From: Aplysia californica
Taxonomy: Eukaryota
Length of the DNA stretch: 63,962 nt
Direction: 5' to 3'
Assembly (NCBI RefSeq): GCF_000002075.1
Contig: NW_004797546.1
Location: 618,939 to 682,900, forward strand
Under the pieces are notes generated by a model, which worked only from the letters and a program-made list of their open reading frames with translations, had not been told where the DNA came from and made no database searches. Below, in pieces: positions 12,740 to 27,038 of this stretch (positions are counted from its first letter, which is position 1; each line of letters starts with the position of its first letter). The position numbers were made by a program, and so were the translations under genes.

Positions 12740-13963
12740 GAAACTGGATTTTTTAAATAAAAATTAAAAAATAGATTTTTAAAATTTAAATCAGATTTTT
12801 TTTATTTAAATCGGATTTTTTAAATTTTTTATATTTTTTTAAAAATGTCGACACAGTTTGGGATTTTTGGTCGCTAAAAGTATGTTCTTTTAGTGCAAAA
12901 TGCATTGTCTTTATTTTAACTAATGATTAATTTAAACAACTGCAATTTTAGAAAGCCTTAATCTGCTATCAGTGAATTATGGCTACAGACAAAAAATGAA
13001 GAAAATGTCAGTCTAAAAGGAAGGGGGGGGGGGGGGGGTAATTATGCATAGATAAACTTGCATTTTATTTTTATTACAGTGTGTGTGTGAGCACGCGCTT
13101 GTGTTTGTCTAGAAAGAAAAAGAAAATGCTAATTTCAATAATGAAAAAAAAGTAAATTGAATACTGTATTATTTTACTACTTACAGTGACAGGGGGGGAA
13201 AGCAGACTTTTAAGCAATTTTAGTCAACTAAGCCTTATCTTATATCTGTTTTATAAAACCCAGGAAAGGAATTCTGAATGTTTAAAGATGTAAAAACAGA
13301 AAACATTTTTAAAGTGATTTAAATCACTGAGTTTTATTTTTTAAATCAAGTTGATTTAAATTTTAAAAAATCAACTGATTTAAATCGACCCGATTTAAAT
13401 CAACCCAACCCTGGTTTTCAATTATGAAAAAAAAGTAAATTGAGAACTGTATTATTTTACAGTGACAGGGGGGAAAGCAGACTTTTAAGCATGATTATAT
13501 TAGTCTACTAAACCTTATATCCGTTTAAAATAAAACCAAGGAAAGGAATTCTGAAAGTATAAATATGTAAAAACTGAATACATTTTTTTGAAAAGTGATT
13601 TAAATCACTGATTTTTATTTTTAAAATCAAATTGATTTAAATTTTTTTTTAATCAACTGATTTAAATCAACCCAGCTCTGGTTTCAATTATGGAAAAAAA
13701 AGTAAATTGAATACTGTATTATTTTACAGTGAAAGGGGGGAAATCAGACTTTTAAGCATGATTATATTAGTCTACTGAACCTTATATCTGTTTTATGAAA
13801 CCAAGGAAAGGAATTCTGAATGTTGAAATGTGTAAAAACCGAATAAAAATTATTTTTAAAAAAAGTGATTTAAATCACCGATTTTTATTTTAAAAATCAA
13901 GTTGATTTAAATTTAAAAAATCAACTGATTTAAATCAACCTGATTTAAATCAACCCAACCCTG
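12740..13963. repeat. hAT-like element whose terminal ~270-280 bp is triplicated in tandem (about 13131-13413, 13414-13680, 13681-13963)
   Basis: Each unit ends in GATTTAAATCAACCCA(AC/GCT)CTG, with many GATTTAAATC subterminal palindromes. The left end is degenerate. Confidence 0.7.
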
Positions 13964-14012
13964 ACTAATTGTCCTTCATCTGTAACAGGGTTAAAACCAT
14001 ATTTTGCCACTA

Positions 14013-15018
14013 CAGTAGTCTCCGTCTAAACGCACACCATACAAAAGCACGCTCCGCTCAAACGCACGCTTTCGTCATATGACGGGTTTTTTACTATATA
14101 ATATAGACGTACAAACGCACAGTCACTCCCTCTAAACGCACGCTCCGATCCGCGAAACACGCCGACAAGTTAAGCTTGGCAAGGGAAAATTTTCACTACA
14201 ACCTGCACAAACTGCATACGGCAAGCCTAGAATTTACTAGAAAACCGGATATTTGGTGACAGTGCCCCTCGCGCCGGACAAAGAGAGTGATAGACAGCGT
14301 TTACACACCCTACTTTCCACTGACGCATAGGTCTCGGTCTCGGGCTGGTCGGTTAAATGTTGGGGGGACTGAAATGTTTTTTGATTGGTTACTGGAAATG
14401 TATCTTTGAGAGAAGGTTTCTGACTGGTGTTTGAGTTTGAGTGACTGCGTGTAATGTTTAGTTAGATCTAGGCCTGGTGCGAAATGCGTAAAAGCCGTAA
14501 AACACTAGACACGCTTATATAGGATTAAAGATTAGCCAAGTAAGCCTAATAATAAGCTGCGCTCAAAGAACTTATAACTTACTTGTTCAACGAATCACAA
14601 GAGAAAATGTTTCTCGAGGATGATTCTGCATGAATTTACGGTCGGGGACGGTCGCTTGGAAAGCCACGTGGCTGGTCCGTCGACTCTATGACTATCACCA
14701 ACCGTTTCCTCATTGGCTATCTGTTCCCGACGTTTATAGTATATTAAATATATTCATTACTTTGAGTTTGTTTCCTCCCCCCCCCCCCCCGCCTTTGTAT
14801 TCTTAACCCCTGTCGGGGAATCCTTCACAAAACAGTCACGTGTCGTCACCTTATCTGCCAAAATGACCCCCTCCTCCAAGGGAGGTCACTAGAGTAATAA
14901 GGAATTGAGATGACTGCGTCCCTTCCTCCCCTTGCAAAGGTTCATGTAAACGCACGCTCCGTGTAAACACACGCTCAGGAGCCCTCCTGAGCACCATGCG
15001 TTTAGGCGGAGACTACTG
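14013..15018. mobile_element. Non-autonomous Tc1/mariner-pogo-type element (MITE), 1006 bp
   Basis: 22-bp TIRs CAGTAGTCTCCG(T/C)CTAAACGCA with 1 mismatch, TA on both flanks, and repeated AAACGCACGCTCCG subterminal motifs. A related TIR end lies near 59675-59690. Confidence 0.9.
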
Positions 15019-18000
15019 TATTGAAAAAAAAGTAGAGAGAAACGCCATACCTTTTTTTACTTTACTGTAAAGCAGGATAAAACAGATTTAGGCTTTTTAC
15101 TTGTGACAACAACAATATGCGTAAAAATCCGATTAAATGAGTTGCTTTTTGGAGTCTTAGCACGTTTTATGGACTGGTAGCAAGTGTATTCACAAAGAAA
15201 CTCCCTTACATCAGTGGTAACGTCACAAATTAAAATAAATAGATGACTGAGTACATGAGTGGTAAAGACACACTGACTTGAGGTATTAGGCAACAGAATA
15301 ATAGATACTTTAAAAACCTATTTCTATGCAAAGAAACACTCCTCTACCTGGAAATAAGTAAATGCAGATACAAAAATAAAATATGGCACACAGAGTACCC
15401 CACCCTCCAAGAAAAATAATAGAGCAAAAGTTCAGCACAGACCCCCATCCCCCAATTCCTTAAAAATCAGTAGGTCTATTAGGGGATCTGTTGTTCATTG
15501 TTGCCTTTATCACAGCTGTTGTCAAAACACATTTAATATGTCGCATTGTGGAAGAGCCTAGGAGAATAATTATAAACTATAATATCAAATGGATGAGGTA
15601 AACATCAAACATCTAAAACATCGCTTACAGCTGTGAACAAGATGATATTGCTGAACACATTTATCCCAGAAGCTCAGTGAGATGAAAATGCTTAACCTTC
15701 AAACATTTCTGAATGAGATGTTTTGAGAGGATCATTCACATAAAAGCTGAATAAATGTGAATATATTTATATATTTTGATTTATCTGAATTCAACTTTGC
15801 ATTTGTCATTGCAATCCATACTAGCAAGATTATTTTTTAAAGTTCACTTTGTATCTAAGATTTTTAACATCAAAGCAAATTCACATCTTCGAGCTCTTTT
15901 TAGGAAAATGGTGCTTCTTGTAGCACAAGGGAATAACCCAGCTGTAAAGTCAATGAAGAAAATAAAGTCAAGGCTATCTGATTTCCCTCCATGAAAGTTT
16001 GAGCCAACAGACATCAGAAATGAGACAGAAAAAGGATTAACTTAAATCTATATAAAAGAGTTGAAACTCTTTTAAGACTTTTATTTTTTAAATCTACACA
16101 GGACAACAGGAGTGAAAACATTCAGAGGGTTCAGAAAAAGTCTCCTCTATTTTTTAAGCTTTTCCTTAAACTTTAAAAGAGGGTTCTTCTTGCCATGTGC
16201 CTTTGTATAATTTCTCAAACATAGTAGGCTACATTTTTACTGAATTAAAACATTTTTGGTAGACTGTCATTTAGACAGAGTGGTGCTGTTAATTTTTTAC
16301 ACCACATTCACAGCAAGTAAATCACTCTGTCTACATTTTCTGTGTCACAAACAGAGGACCTCTCACTACTCCCTGAAAAACATAAGATTAGCAAACTTAA
16401 AATATGGATAAGGTGTAAGCTAATTTTTGCATAAATATTTAGCGTTACGAAACATTGCTCAGCCTAGTACATGTAGGCCTACAGTAAGAGCGGAAAATAC
16501 AACCAGCAAGACCAGTACATTTCACAGCCACGTTGTATGACAACAACTTTTCAATCAGCAAATAAATTGATAAAAAAGAATACCACAGTTATACATAAAT
16601 GTGTTGCTAGGTTTGTATATTGGTAAGTTCAACCCACACTATTAGGAAAACCAATTTGCATCATGGTTGTATTTAGAAATTCATATCTGTTCATCAAACC
16701 CAGAGAGCAAGATATACAAACAAGAAAGGAATTCCACAATCTAAAAAAAATCTTTGTTATTATGACAAACATGTGCATATCTAGGACAGAAAACAACATT
16801 CTTTCAAGTAAATATCCTCTTTGTCAACACTAATAATGCACTGTGAAACAGCATTACCCTGACAGCCAGTTCTGCTTCAAACATCCTTTGGCGAACACAC
16901 ATCATGAAAAAATGATAGATTGCAAACTGCCCATTAAGAAAACCTGAAAATCTTAAGTTAAAACGTTAAAATCAACACACAGTTATTTCTTTTGTCCCTG
17001 GCAGATAATTCATTAACAGAAAATGCATTATTGTCAACGTGTTATTCCAGTACAACCTAAAGGCCCATTCTGACATTCTGAAATTTTGTATAAACAATCA
17101 TTTTGATCAACTTTGACTACAAAAAACTGCACACCTTTCTTAAATAGTTTTATTTAAAAAATCATGAGGTAGAGTACTTTCCTCTCTAATTTTAGCAGTT
17201 TTCACTTCATTTACTCATGGGCTTGTAATTTCACTCAACAATACATGGAGAACTTCATTATAGTTGTCGGTATTACCAAACTTACTCGCCCTTTGAGAGC
17301 AAAATTCTTTAAGTTAAGGTTATAAAAAAACCCAGAGTAACAAGGTTAACTTCTTGGGTCCCAAAGATTTAATTAGAGTACAAGAGAGCAGATTGGATGC
17401 TGTATATTACCTCCGATCAGGTGATGACAACTTTGTCTATAATTGTCAAAATTTCGAGAAAAAAATGTACAAAATTAGTGTTCAAAACCAAGATGCATGT
17501 CTGTGAAAACACAAAGGAATTTAAACCATCCTCATTTAGAAAGACCCCTGAAATAGCCAGACCAAAACCTGGTTGTGAAAGGAGGAGGATTGGGCACAGT
17601 TCAACTCCGCCTTGTGACACAAAGCTAGGGATAATAGAAATAAATATTTTTTTAAATTTCAACATCTGAGAAAGATAAAATAAATGTACAAATTAAGACT
17701 TTGATTAACAATTGTAAAGATATTATCACCAGTTTTTACATACATATAAAATATACTCTTGAAGCATAACATAGTCCCTATAATTTTCAAATACGCACTT
17801 AGATATACAAAATAAGCATGGGATAAAGACCTCTCAGTATACTTTTCTAAAGCACAAAATCTCTGATTACATAGCCCATCTCTAATACGATGACGTTACA
17901 GTACCGGCTGGAAAGCCAATTAAAACCACCCGAAAACAACCAATGTAAAAAAATGCTACATTGAGAACAGCCATCCACACTGCAGTTCTGTATGATACCT

Positions 18001-18178
18001 ACTAGCAAAAAGTCACAACCGTCGAATATGGTTGTATTCCTGTAAGAACACTGCTTGACTTCAAATACAAAATGTTGTTTTATTTATCTTTTATGCCATT
18101 TGAGCGGCATTTAACAAAGATATCACAGAATACTCCACTCATAAGGCAAGAAAAATGAGAGCACCGACTTCAGTCTCA

Positions 18179-21100
18179 TTAATCCACATCATCAAAGTGA
18201 TCTGATCCAACCAGGAGGATTTCTCCATGTTTGACTGTGAAGAAAGACGAAGGTTTCATGTTGCGGTTTTGCACCTCTGTTCCCAGTAACTCCTTTGGCT
18301 CCAAATAAGGCTGTTAAAAGAGTGTAGAATTGAAACATTATATGAAAAGAGAGCATTTGAATTAAATAATAAGTAGAAACAACGAGCGCAAAAGAAGATT
18401 AAAGATAAACCTTCAAAAAATGAATCTACAAAAAAAAGTACAAAAGATAATTATTTTCATCATCCTAGTTGACAGCTTCTGTTCTATGACGTTTCTCACT
18501 AAACTTTTCTAAAATAAGATTTTTAACAAAAAAGCAACCCTTCATCCCTAATATCATCCTGACTGTTTCCAACACTCACTCAGGTAACAAACTACAAAGA
18601 CATCTATGCTCTAAAACATAATATAAGCCCTCATGGCCACTAAAATATACATTTTTAAAAGACAAACAAAGTAACGGTTACCGGAAAGATCGAAAGTAAA
18701 ATTATACAGCATTATTGTCCTAAAACCATTGTACAATGTTAACACTTGAGAAACCAAAATCATCTTAATTCATTCGTGTTTTCAAAAAATACCACACATG
18801 TAGGCCTACAACGGATGAAGTAAAATATAACAAATGAGATCTAAAATATGTAGCCAGAAGCCATTTTTTCCTAGTAAAGAGAAAACCATAAAAAAAAAAA
18901 AAACAATATCAAAAGAAGCAAAACAATTTTCTCAAATTAGCAAATTTACAAGGATTGTTAGAGAAAAAGACCATGTTTTTTGGGGGGGGTCTTTTTAATC
19001 ACTGCATGGAGCTGTCAATGAGATGTCAAGTGTAAACATCATAGGAGAAATTAAGCAAAGCTTATAGTCACACCATAGAGGTATCATCTGCTAACATTTC
19101 TATGACATTACCAAAGATCACGAGTCATGCTTCCTACTTACGGTTACGTAGAGTATATTTAATAATAAAATCTACGACTTGGTTCCAAATTAAACATATC
19201 TGATACAAACTCCTCCACCCCTCCCATTTTCAACCAGCTCTCAAACATAATCTGAATACTCAATTAAATAAGATAAACAAAGGTAGATCACCATATGGTT
19301 CTATGCATCCCAAATCTAAAGCAAAATGGAAAGCTTGTTAAAATCCACCCCTAAGATATTGTCTTATGAATAAAAACACAAGTACTATGAAGAATACAAT
19401 AGGGCTTTCTGTAAGTTTACTTTAAAAAACAACGAAAAAAAGACTTACCTCATTGGTAAGTGCAAAAGTCCCCCAGTGGATTCCTATTGATGCTTGTGAC
19501 TTAATGTCATGATGAACGTTGACTGCATTTGCTGGATCTATGTGCATATTGGACATCAAATGTCTGAAATGCATTGAATACACATAAAAATACATGAAAA
19601 AATATATGTCTGTATCAAACCCCCCAAGCGATACTCGAGAGAAAGAAAACTTCTACCCTGCTAACAATAATGTTTCTTACATATAAAAAAAAGATGAATC
19701 TTTAAAAATCCATTGAAAGAACAGATATCTTCAACATGGTTATTACCCGTAATGTAGCAATGACTCATGAAACTCATTCACCCTAACAAATATGACCAGC
19801 TTACTGAAAATATTCACTAAAACATATTTTAAAAAAACAAAAAAGGGTACAGTAGAACACGGATAGGTAAAACTCAGAAGACTCGAAATCACACATCCGT
19901 CAAACTGTGCCTGCGGTCCCCGATTTTTCTCTCTTCATCTTTGTAAGAAAATTACCCGAACCTCAAACACAAACATGGAATAGTTGAACTAATTGCACCG
20001 CCGTAGAGGTCTAAACTCAATGTCCTTTAAGGTGCAATAAGGACGAGACTTCTAGACCCTTCTTGTGACAAGACCACACCAGAAGAAATCCTCAGAGCTA
20101 GTGCCCTGGAGACAGAGGACTCATATGCTGAAACTCCAATTCATGCATTCACAGATGGGTCAGCAACAAAAGCTACACAGAATGCTGGATACGGATCTAT
20201 CATCAAATATCGAAACAACCTTGGAGAGAAGAAGCAGACCCAACTATTTGGCCCATGTGGAACATACAGCTCCAGCTATGACGCAGAGAGAGTTGCCATA
20301 GTAAAGACCCCGGAGCAGATCACCCAAGACTTTTTTGAAGGCACAGGGAATGTTGTTGTCTTCTCTGACTCAATGTCAGTACTTCCAGTCTTCGAGGCAG
20401 GAGGAGACTACAGAGGTGACAGGAACATTTTCAGCCTTGTAAAACAAATGGGCACTTCCTATGGCGTCCGGGTCACATTGCCTGGCCATTCTGCAGTACC
20501 AGGGAATGAGACTGAGGACCAGCTATCAAAGACTGGAGCTAGCCAGCCCCAGACAGACACAGCTGCCTCTTTACAGACCTGCAGAGGGATCATCAAAGCC
20601 AAAAGCAGAGATGAGTGGCTAAACAGATGGGCCAACGCAGAAACAGGAAGATCTCTCTTCGGGTACATGAACAAACCCAACCCCAAAGACCCTTCAAATT
20701 TTTTATGTAGAGCCGATCAGACATTGATCTTCAGAGCCTGCACAGGACACTTACACACCAACAAGCACATAAACAGAATTAACCCCATGTGGGAACCCCA
20801 TTGCAGACACTGTGACTACCCTGAGGAGACCGTTGAACATCTCCTTCACTGCCCAAACCTGGCAGTTCTTCGACGCAGGCTCCTACACACACCTACAGAC
20901 TTACAAAGCCTACTCTACTCTGGCGTTGACCAGATGACAAGGACATTTAGTAACATGAGGGAGGCATTGCGCTACCAAGAGCGAAATGCTAGCAGCTAGA
21001 GGGATTTGAAAACAACAACAAGGTGCACTTGAGAAAAAATTATAATTATAAAAATGATATTAAAGAACAGAAAAAGGCACGGTCAGTATAATACCACCTT

Positions 21101-21836
21101 CCCCTCACCACAGAAGCAACTAGCTTTGTTGCTTTTAGCACGCTGCTTGACACACGCACCCCATTATTATCTAGCTAGGCTGGTGTGGAGAGGGCGAGAG
21201 GAAAGGATGTGCATCATATGACCTATTGTTTTGCCCCTAAAGTAGCAAACATTGTTGCTTTCCTTGATTCTCTGACACAGCCGATGCCATGACACTGTTC
21301 AAGTACCCCTTTAACTACAGATCCCTCGAACTACCGAGACCGGTCCCGAAGAATTCGAGCTATCTGTGTTGTACTGTATACATGTATATATATATATATG
21401 TGTGTGTCACGACGCGGTGGAATCAGGCGCCAGTCAATTTTTTGGCATGTGGAGTTATTGGTATCATTTCAAAGCTGATTTATTTGCCTTGCTTTGAATG
21501 AAATAAAAGTCCAGTTATCTTGAATAGAACTCAAGATATTTGCGATAGAAGGAGGTGAGGTTGCCATTTTTCAGTGTTGAAATTAGCGAGAAAATGGTCG
21601 CCAAAGTTTGGTAACTTCAATAGCTAAAGAGTCTTTGAAAACTGAAAAATGACACATTTCAAGTTTTTAATCAATGTTTTTCAGTAAAATTCAGTTGGAA
21701 ATGTGTTTTTATATGGACATAAAAGAGTTTAAACCAAAAAATAAAAATTTGATTAAAATTTCCTAACTGGCGGAAAAATGACTGTTTCTCTGATTTCGTT
21801 ATTTTGATGAGCGCCTGATTTCACCACGCTGCCTCA

Positions 21837-21904
<68 letters not shown>

Positions 21905-24900
21905 TTTTAAACCTTTTTATATTGGACACTAGCTTGAGGCAGACAAAGAACCATGTCACCTTAGATGTCCTACATTCATGATGCCGTCTTATAAAAATAT
22001 CAAAGTATATTCTAAAACTTTGTTTTATTGATTACTTATATTGAACCAAGCTGGTAAAATGACAAGCCCTCCTTCAGACATCAGTACTTTATAAAGACTT
22101 TGCCTTCAGTAATTCAAAACAGTTTCTGCCAAAATGTTTTGATCAAGTAATGGCAATCTCAACACAAGACATTACAAAAACATTAAAAATAGTAAACTAT
22201 CATTATTTTCTCAGAAAAAAAAAAGAAAAATAGATATACCTAGGGCTGTAAGCTCCTATAGGTATTGTAGACAAAGTAAATGGACCATATCTCTTTCCAA
22301 TCTGAGTATGCCCTTCACAGTATCCAGTGTCTCCACAGAAATGGAAGTTGTGTTTGGGCCCAACAACACACCAGCTGCACCATAGCACCTGAGGAGGAAC
22401 AAAAACATGTCTCTGAGGCTAAGTTTCGCACTCCTCTCCCAACAATGGTCTGCAGGTAGCAGGGTCTCAAACTTAAATCAAGTTGAAGAATGTATATTTG
22501 GAGAAAAAAATTAGCTCATTAAAACAACAATGACATGGTAAAACTGCACAAGTGATGAGTCTGTTCTGAATTTGAGTGAGTGGTCAGAGTGCCAGTGACT
22601 ATTTACGTACTATTTTGAAGAAGAATAGTATTCATTAATAGTGGAAATTACCATAACAGCTCTCTGTACTCTGGAAGATTTCGTAACAATCTTAACTCTT
22701 ATCCTGCGTCTGTGCCCAGATGCGTATCTTATCAGCAACCGATTACGTCGGACTCGCCGGGCAGGCCGCCGGGGTCACTCGGTGTGTACTGTTGGTGAAC
22801 AGCGCGCGCGCCGGGAAACGCGTGTTTTCGCCATGAATACCGCGGGAGTGTGTTAACTGATGATGAAATAACGCTCTATCCTTCATAGCATTCTATTTAT
22901 AAAGTGTTACAAACACATGAATAACCCCCTCTCACAAACTGATAAGACATTACGAGTAGTTACGCCCATTTGAATAACCTTTCTGGACGCTCTTGTTGTT
23001 ATGAATGACCTGAGGTTCGAAAAGGGATAATTTAGGTCAATTTCCGAATGTTTTACACTCAAATTGTTCTTTGTACCTGCACAAGGGTATTCAAAACTAT
23101 TAAACAAGCTCATCTTTTATCAGGTAGTATCATTTCATACAAAATCAAGCTCATTTGAAATATTTTGTATAGAAAAATGGAAGTCTTGTTTCCTGACTAT
23201 CCTTTCGAGCTCCTCATGTCTAAGTGGGTCAATTTCTTCTATAATTTCATTGGACGAACATCTAGAGCTATCAACTTGGCATGTTTTGAATGAGACGTAT
23301 GCCTCGATTACGAACCAACGCAGGTGGTTCTAAAAGAAGGCCACAAACGCACACAAACTCAAGCAGACTGACGCACACACACTTGACCTGCGTGAATGGG
23401 GATCCGACTCGGGACCCGAATGACACGTAAGAGGATGCGCGTGCGCTGAGCCAGGAGCTACACTGACTCGGGACCAGAACGCAGGCGAGGTGCCGAAATA
23501 GGCTTATCGGGCTACATAAACCCGGCTCCCGCAGGATGAGGGTTAACAAGTGTTTCGAATCAGTAACCTTGGTGCAAGTCAGGTTACTCAAGTATGATGA
23601 AAATTTAAGACGAATAGAAGAGAACAGGCAACATGTCACATTGAAATTTATAAATGTTAAAAATCACAGGGAAACAAAAAAATTGAAAAAAAAAGGTCAT
23701 TTCTACTCTCAATACTTGTGAAAAGGCAATATTCAAAATCACACCACCTCGGAGTACCTTATTTTCATCACTTCCTGTTCTTCTGCTCCAATGCTGAGAC
23801 GGAGTGCACGCTACTTTCACATTGAGGTTTTCGTTGAACACATTCTCCTGCCACCAAGTCATCTCCACCACATTGTCACAACCGCGTTCATTCATCCATT
23901 TTTTTAGTCCACTTGGAACATACCATCGGAGGCTTATACCAAATCTGCCAAAGAAAAGGAAACAAACAGATTTCAGTTTGATTTCAAAGTGCTCTTTTCA
24001 TAAATAATCCTCAGAGAAAGACTAACACAAGTTTAAATATCCATGTCAGAGGAAAATGAAATATTAAAATATCCCCCCTCTGGTATTTTGTTCGTACTTT
24101 TCAAAGAAAGATCTTATTATTTCAACCTTTTCTATAAATATTAAAAAATGATAACCTTTGACTTTCCAAATGCATACACAAATGTTTACTAATGTATGTA
24201 AAAAAAAGAAATATTGGACAACTTTTCCCTCTAGAGTTGGGACCATGCTGCCGTAAAGTCCTGCCCACAAGAATGTTCCAATTATGAAATATCATTTCTA
24301 TTATAAGACTCTGTCTGCAAAGAAAACGATTGACTGAAATGATTCTGAAAATTTGCAGTAACAGGAAAGAAATTATTACCAATATGGGCCAGTGTATCCT
24401 CATCTTTCAATATGTGACATTTTAACACGTGAAAAAATGGACTACCGCAATCATTTATGCTAGTGTTACCATTTCAAAAACACTATACCTTTGATTTAAG
24501 GCAACAACAGTATTATGGTCCAAGTGGTCGTAATGTGAGTGACTGATAAGTACAAAATCCACCAGAGGAAGCTCTTCCACAGAGCAAGGTGTTGGTCGAT
24601 ACCGCTTTATGCCCACGAATTGGACAGGGGAGCACCTTTCACTGAATATAGGGTCTGTGAGAAATGTTACACCATCAAACTGAACAAGAGATGATGCATG
24701 GCCGATCCACATATGCCGAATTCCAGAGACAGGAGCTTCAGAGAACTCTGTCAAATCAGGCTGAAGGACAGGAAGGGTCCTGTCCAGTTCCTGTAATAAT
24801 ACAAAGAAATTAGTTCCCCCAACTACAACAAATTATTTACTTCAGTTCCTGTAATAATAGAAAGAGATTAGTTCCTTTAATTACAGAAAATTCTTAACAT

Positions 24901-26140
24901 CAAGTTCTCGTAGCAATAGGCTATAAGTTAACGAAATTAGTTGCTTCAGTTATGAAAAAGTCTTTTCGTCACATATCACACTAAAAAGAAACAGGTGATA
25001 AAAACACATCAGCAGATATTTTCAAAATATTTGAGCTGACAGGAAACAGTGAGTATCAACAAAAAATGACATGAGGGAAAAGTTCATGACATTTGCTCAT
25101 ATTTTAAGCCAAAATGTTGATTTTTTGTTAAATTGTTGGTAATCACATTTGAAAAATAAACCCTGTATTCATTGTGCTTATCAGTAAGACATAATATTCA
25201 AAGATCACATGAGAAAGTAAAATTCAGAACAACAAAAGCACCATGGTCCAAGGTACCANNNNNNNNNNNNNNNNNNNNNNNNNNNNNNNNNNNNNNNNNN
25301 NNNNNNNNNNNNNNNNNNNNNNNNNNNNNNNNNNNNNNNNNNNNNNNNNNNNNNNNNNNNNNNNNNNNNNNNNNNNNNNNNNNNNNNAGACCCATGCCTC
25401 AGCAAATAAATCAATTAAATTAAAAAAGTCAAGAAAAAGAAAACATCAAACATGTTATTGAGGATAAACTTTGGCCTTCGCTGGTCTGTAATCTCCTCCT
25501 CACATTCAGTTAGATGTATATTAAGCCTACAGGGGTTTCAAAATAGCTTAAATCAATAGTTTAAACATGGCCTCAACTGTCTATATCAAATTGATAGCTG
25601 AATGTCAATATAATCACTGCAGGCATCATTTCAACTTTCTTGTCATTATGGAAAACATGGATACACTTGACTGTTTTCACAAAAAAACAAATTTTTTTAA
25701 AGTTGGAAAGTACATTCAACACTAATGAACTTCATATGAACACAACTTAAATTAAAGAAAAAAAACATGTGACTATACTGTGTTTTAAAACCTCTGAACA
25801 CACATTTCAAGACAGAAGCTGTGTTAATACTTACAGCTTTTTTAGGAACTCGGCCCTCATCTCTTGAGCAAAATATGAATCTGAACAAATTCGTTATTTT
25901 CGTGCGAGTCAAAGATTTCCAGGGGTTTCTAAATCGACCATTTTCAAACACTGGCATGGTGTACTCTTGTTCGCTTTCTCGTCTGTCCCCCAGTTCAGTC
26001 TCGTGTCCTATACTCTGAGATCCACTTGCTCCTTCCACAATCTGCTCTCCTGCTGGTTCACTTTCAACATCTCCATCATCACAGACTTCCATAAACATTT
26101 CATCTCCAGAGTTTCCTTCATCTTGGTCCATTGACTCCAT
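18179..26140 (-). CDS. NAPEPLD: N-acyl-phosphatidylethanolamine-hydrolysing phospholipase D (396 aa); coding exons 26140-25835, 24790-24489, 23944-23758, 22388-22240, 19563-19449, 18310-18179
   Basis: All introns are GT-AG with consistent phases (0,2,0,2,0). Motifs: [25 protein letters not shown], metallo-beta-lactamase [38 protein letters not shown]. An acceptor at 26182-26183 shows that the ATG exon is not the first exon. Confidence 0.95.
19850..21376. mobile_element. pogo/Tigger-like MITE interrupted by a LINE insertion
   Basis: TIR CAGTAGAACACGGATAG versus the reverse complement of CTATCTGTGTTGTACTG (15/17); TA on both flanks. Confidence 0.8.
20037..21019 (+). mobile_element. 5'-truncated I-group (Ingi/Nimb/I-like) LINE encoding RNase H and a C-terminal CCHC knuckle
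   Basis: Frame open 20037-20999 with [31 protein letters not shown] and CRHC...ETVEHLLHC. It has an (ACA)n tail and an 8-bp TSD AAGGTGCA (20029-20036 and 21020-21027). Confidence 0.9.
21399..21838. mobile_element. Non-autonomous TIR element inserted in a (TA)n tract; second copy inverted at 50481-50885
   Basis: Imperfect TIRs (..GACGCGGTGGAATCAGGCGC / GCGCCTGATTTCACCACGC..) and end-to-end similarity to the reverse complement of 50481-50885. Confidence 0.75.
21839..21900. repeat. (TA)n microsatellite
   Basis: Direct reading. Confidence 0.97.
22696..23542. mobile_element. Non-autonomous piggyBac-like element, 847 bp
   Basis: TTAA on both flanks (22692-22695, 23543-23546). TIR CTCTTATCCTGCG versus CCCTCATCCTGCG (11/13). 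GC-rich subterminal regions. Confidence 0.8.
25259..25387. other. Assembly gap (N run) in a NAPEPLD intron
   Basis: Direct reading. Confidence 0.99.
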
Positions 26141-27038
26141 GATGAGTGAAGTGGGATGCACAGCCAGAAAAGCTTTGATGGCTAGAATAGAAATAAACCC
26201 CCCAAAAAAATAAAAATGAAACATATCCCCGATTGCTGGGAGGAAATCATGAATTGACTTTAGAAACCCTCTAATACACATACCTTCCGACTATTGTAAT
26301 GTCTTCAGACTGGTGTGTCAAAGACCTCGACAATATGAAGTCAAATACCTTGACCATACTTTCCTCAGCAAATATTCAACAGTATAAGAGTTTAAAACTC
26401 GACCATTCAACTAAGAACAAACACTGGGAACACAAAATTGGTCGACATACAAGCGCTCCGCTATTCCTCACAAGGGGACACTCAGTATAACTATAAGCTC
26501 ATCTTCTGTGGCAACTGGTAAGACATGCCCAAACCACGCAACCACAAGCCATTAAGAACTACTGCCCTTGCACTACAAAATAGTTCTTTCATGACGCCCA
26601 CTTGTATAATAAGGCCATCTTTACAAACGGCCACTTTCTATTTCCCCCCTTGCCTTTTCTCATGTCTAATGTGGCCACGGCCACCAGCTATTTTATCAAT
26701 CCATGGCCAAATTTACCTGCCTAAGATATCCAAGCTTTGTAAAAAATTATGCATTTTACCCTGACACTGTGGAAAAGCTGTCATAATTTATTCACCTGTC
26801 GTTGTTGTCAGTCCCTCCAGTGGATGAAACGGTCATGTTGCTTTGGTCGCTCCCAATCTTTACTCAAATTGACCAATGGGTAGCCTAACAACAAATTTTC
26901 AGCTGCTGGTAAGGGAAGCGTATGATCCGTCATAACCTATAAGGCCCGCCCCCAACTCACTCCGTAAACCCAATCCATAACAACAGAAGTCAACACAAAC
27001 TCGCGCAGAGTAGTGGCGACTCATTAAGTCTTACTCTT

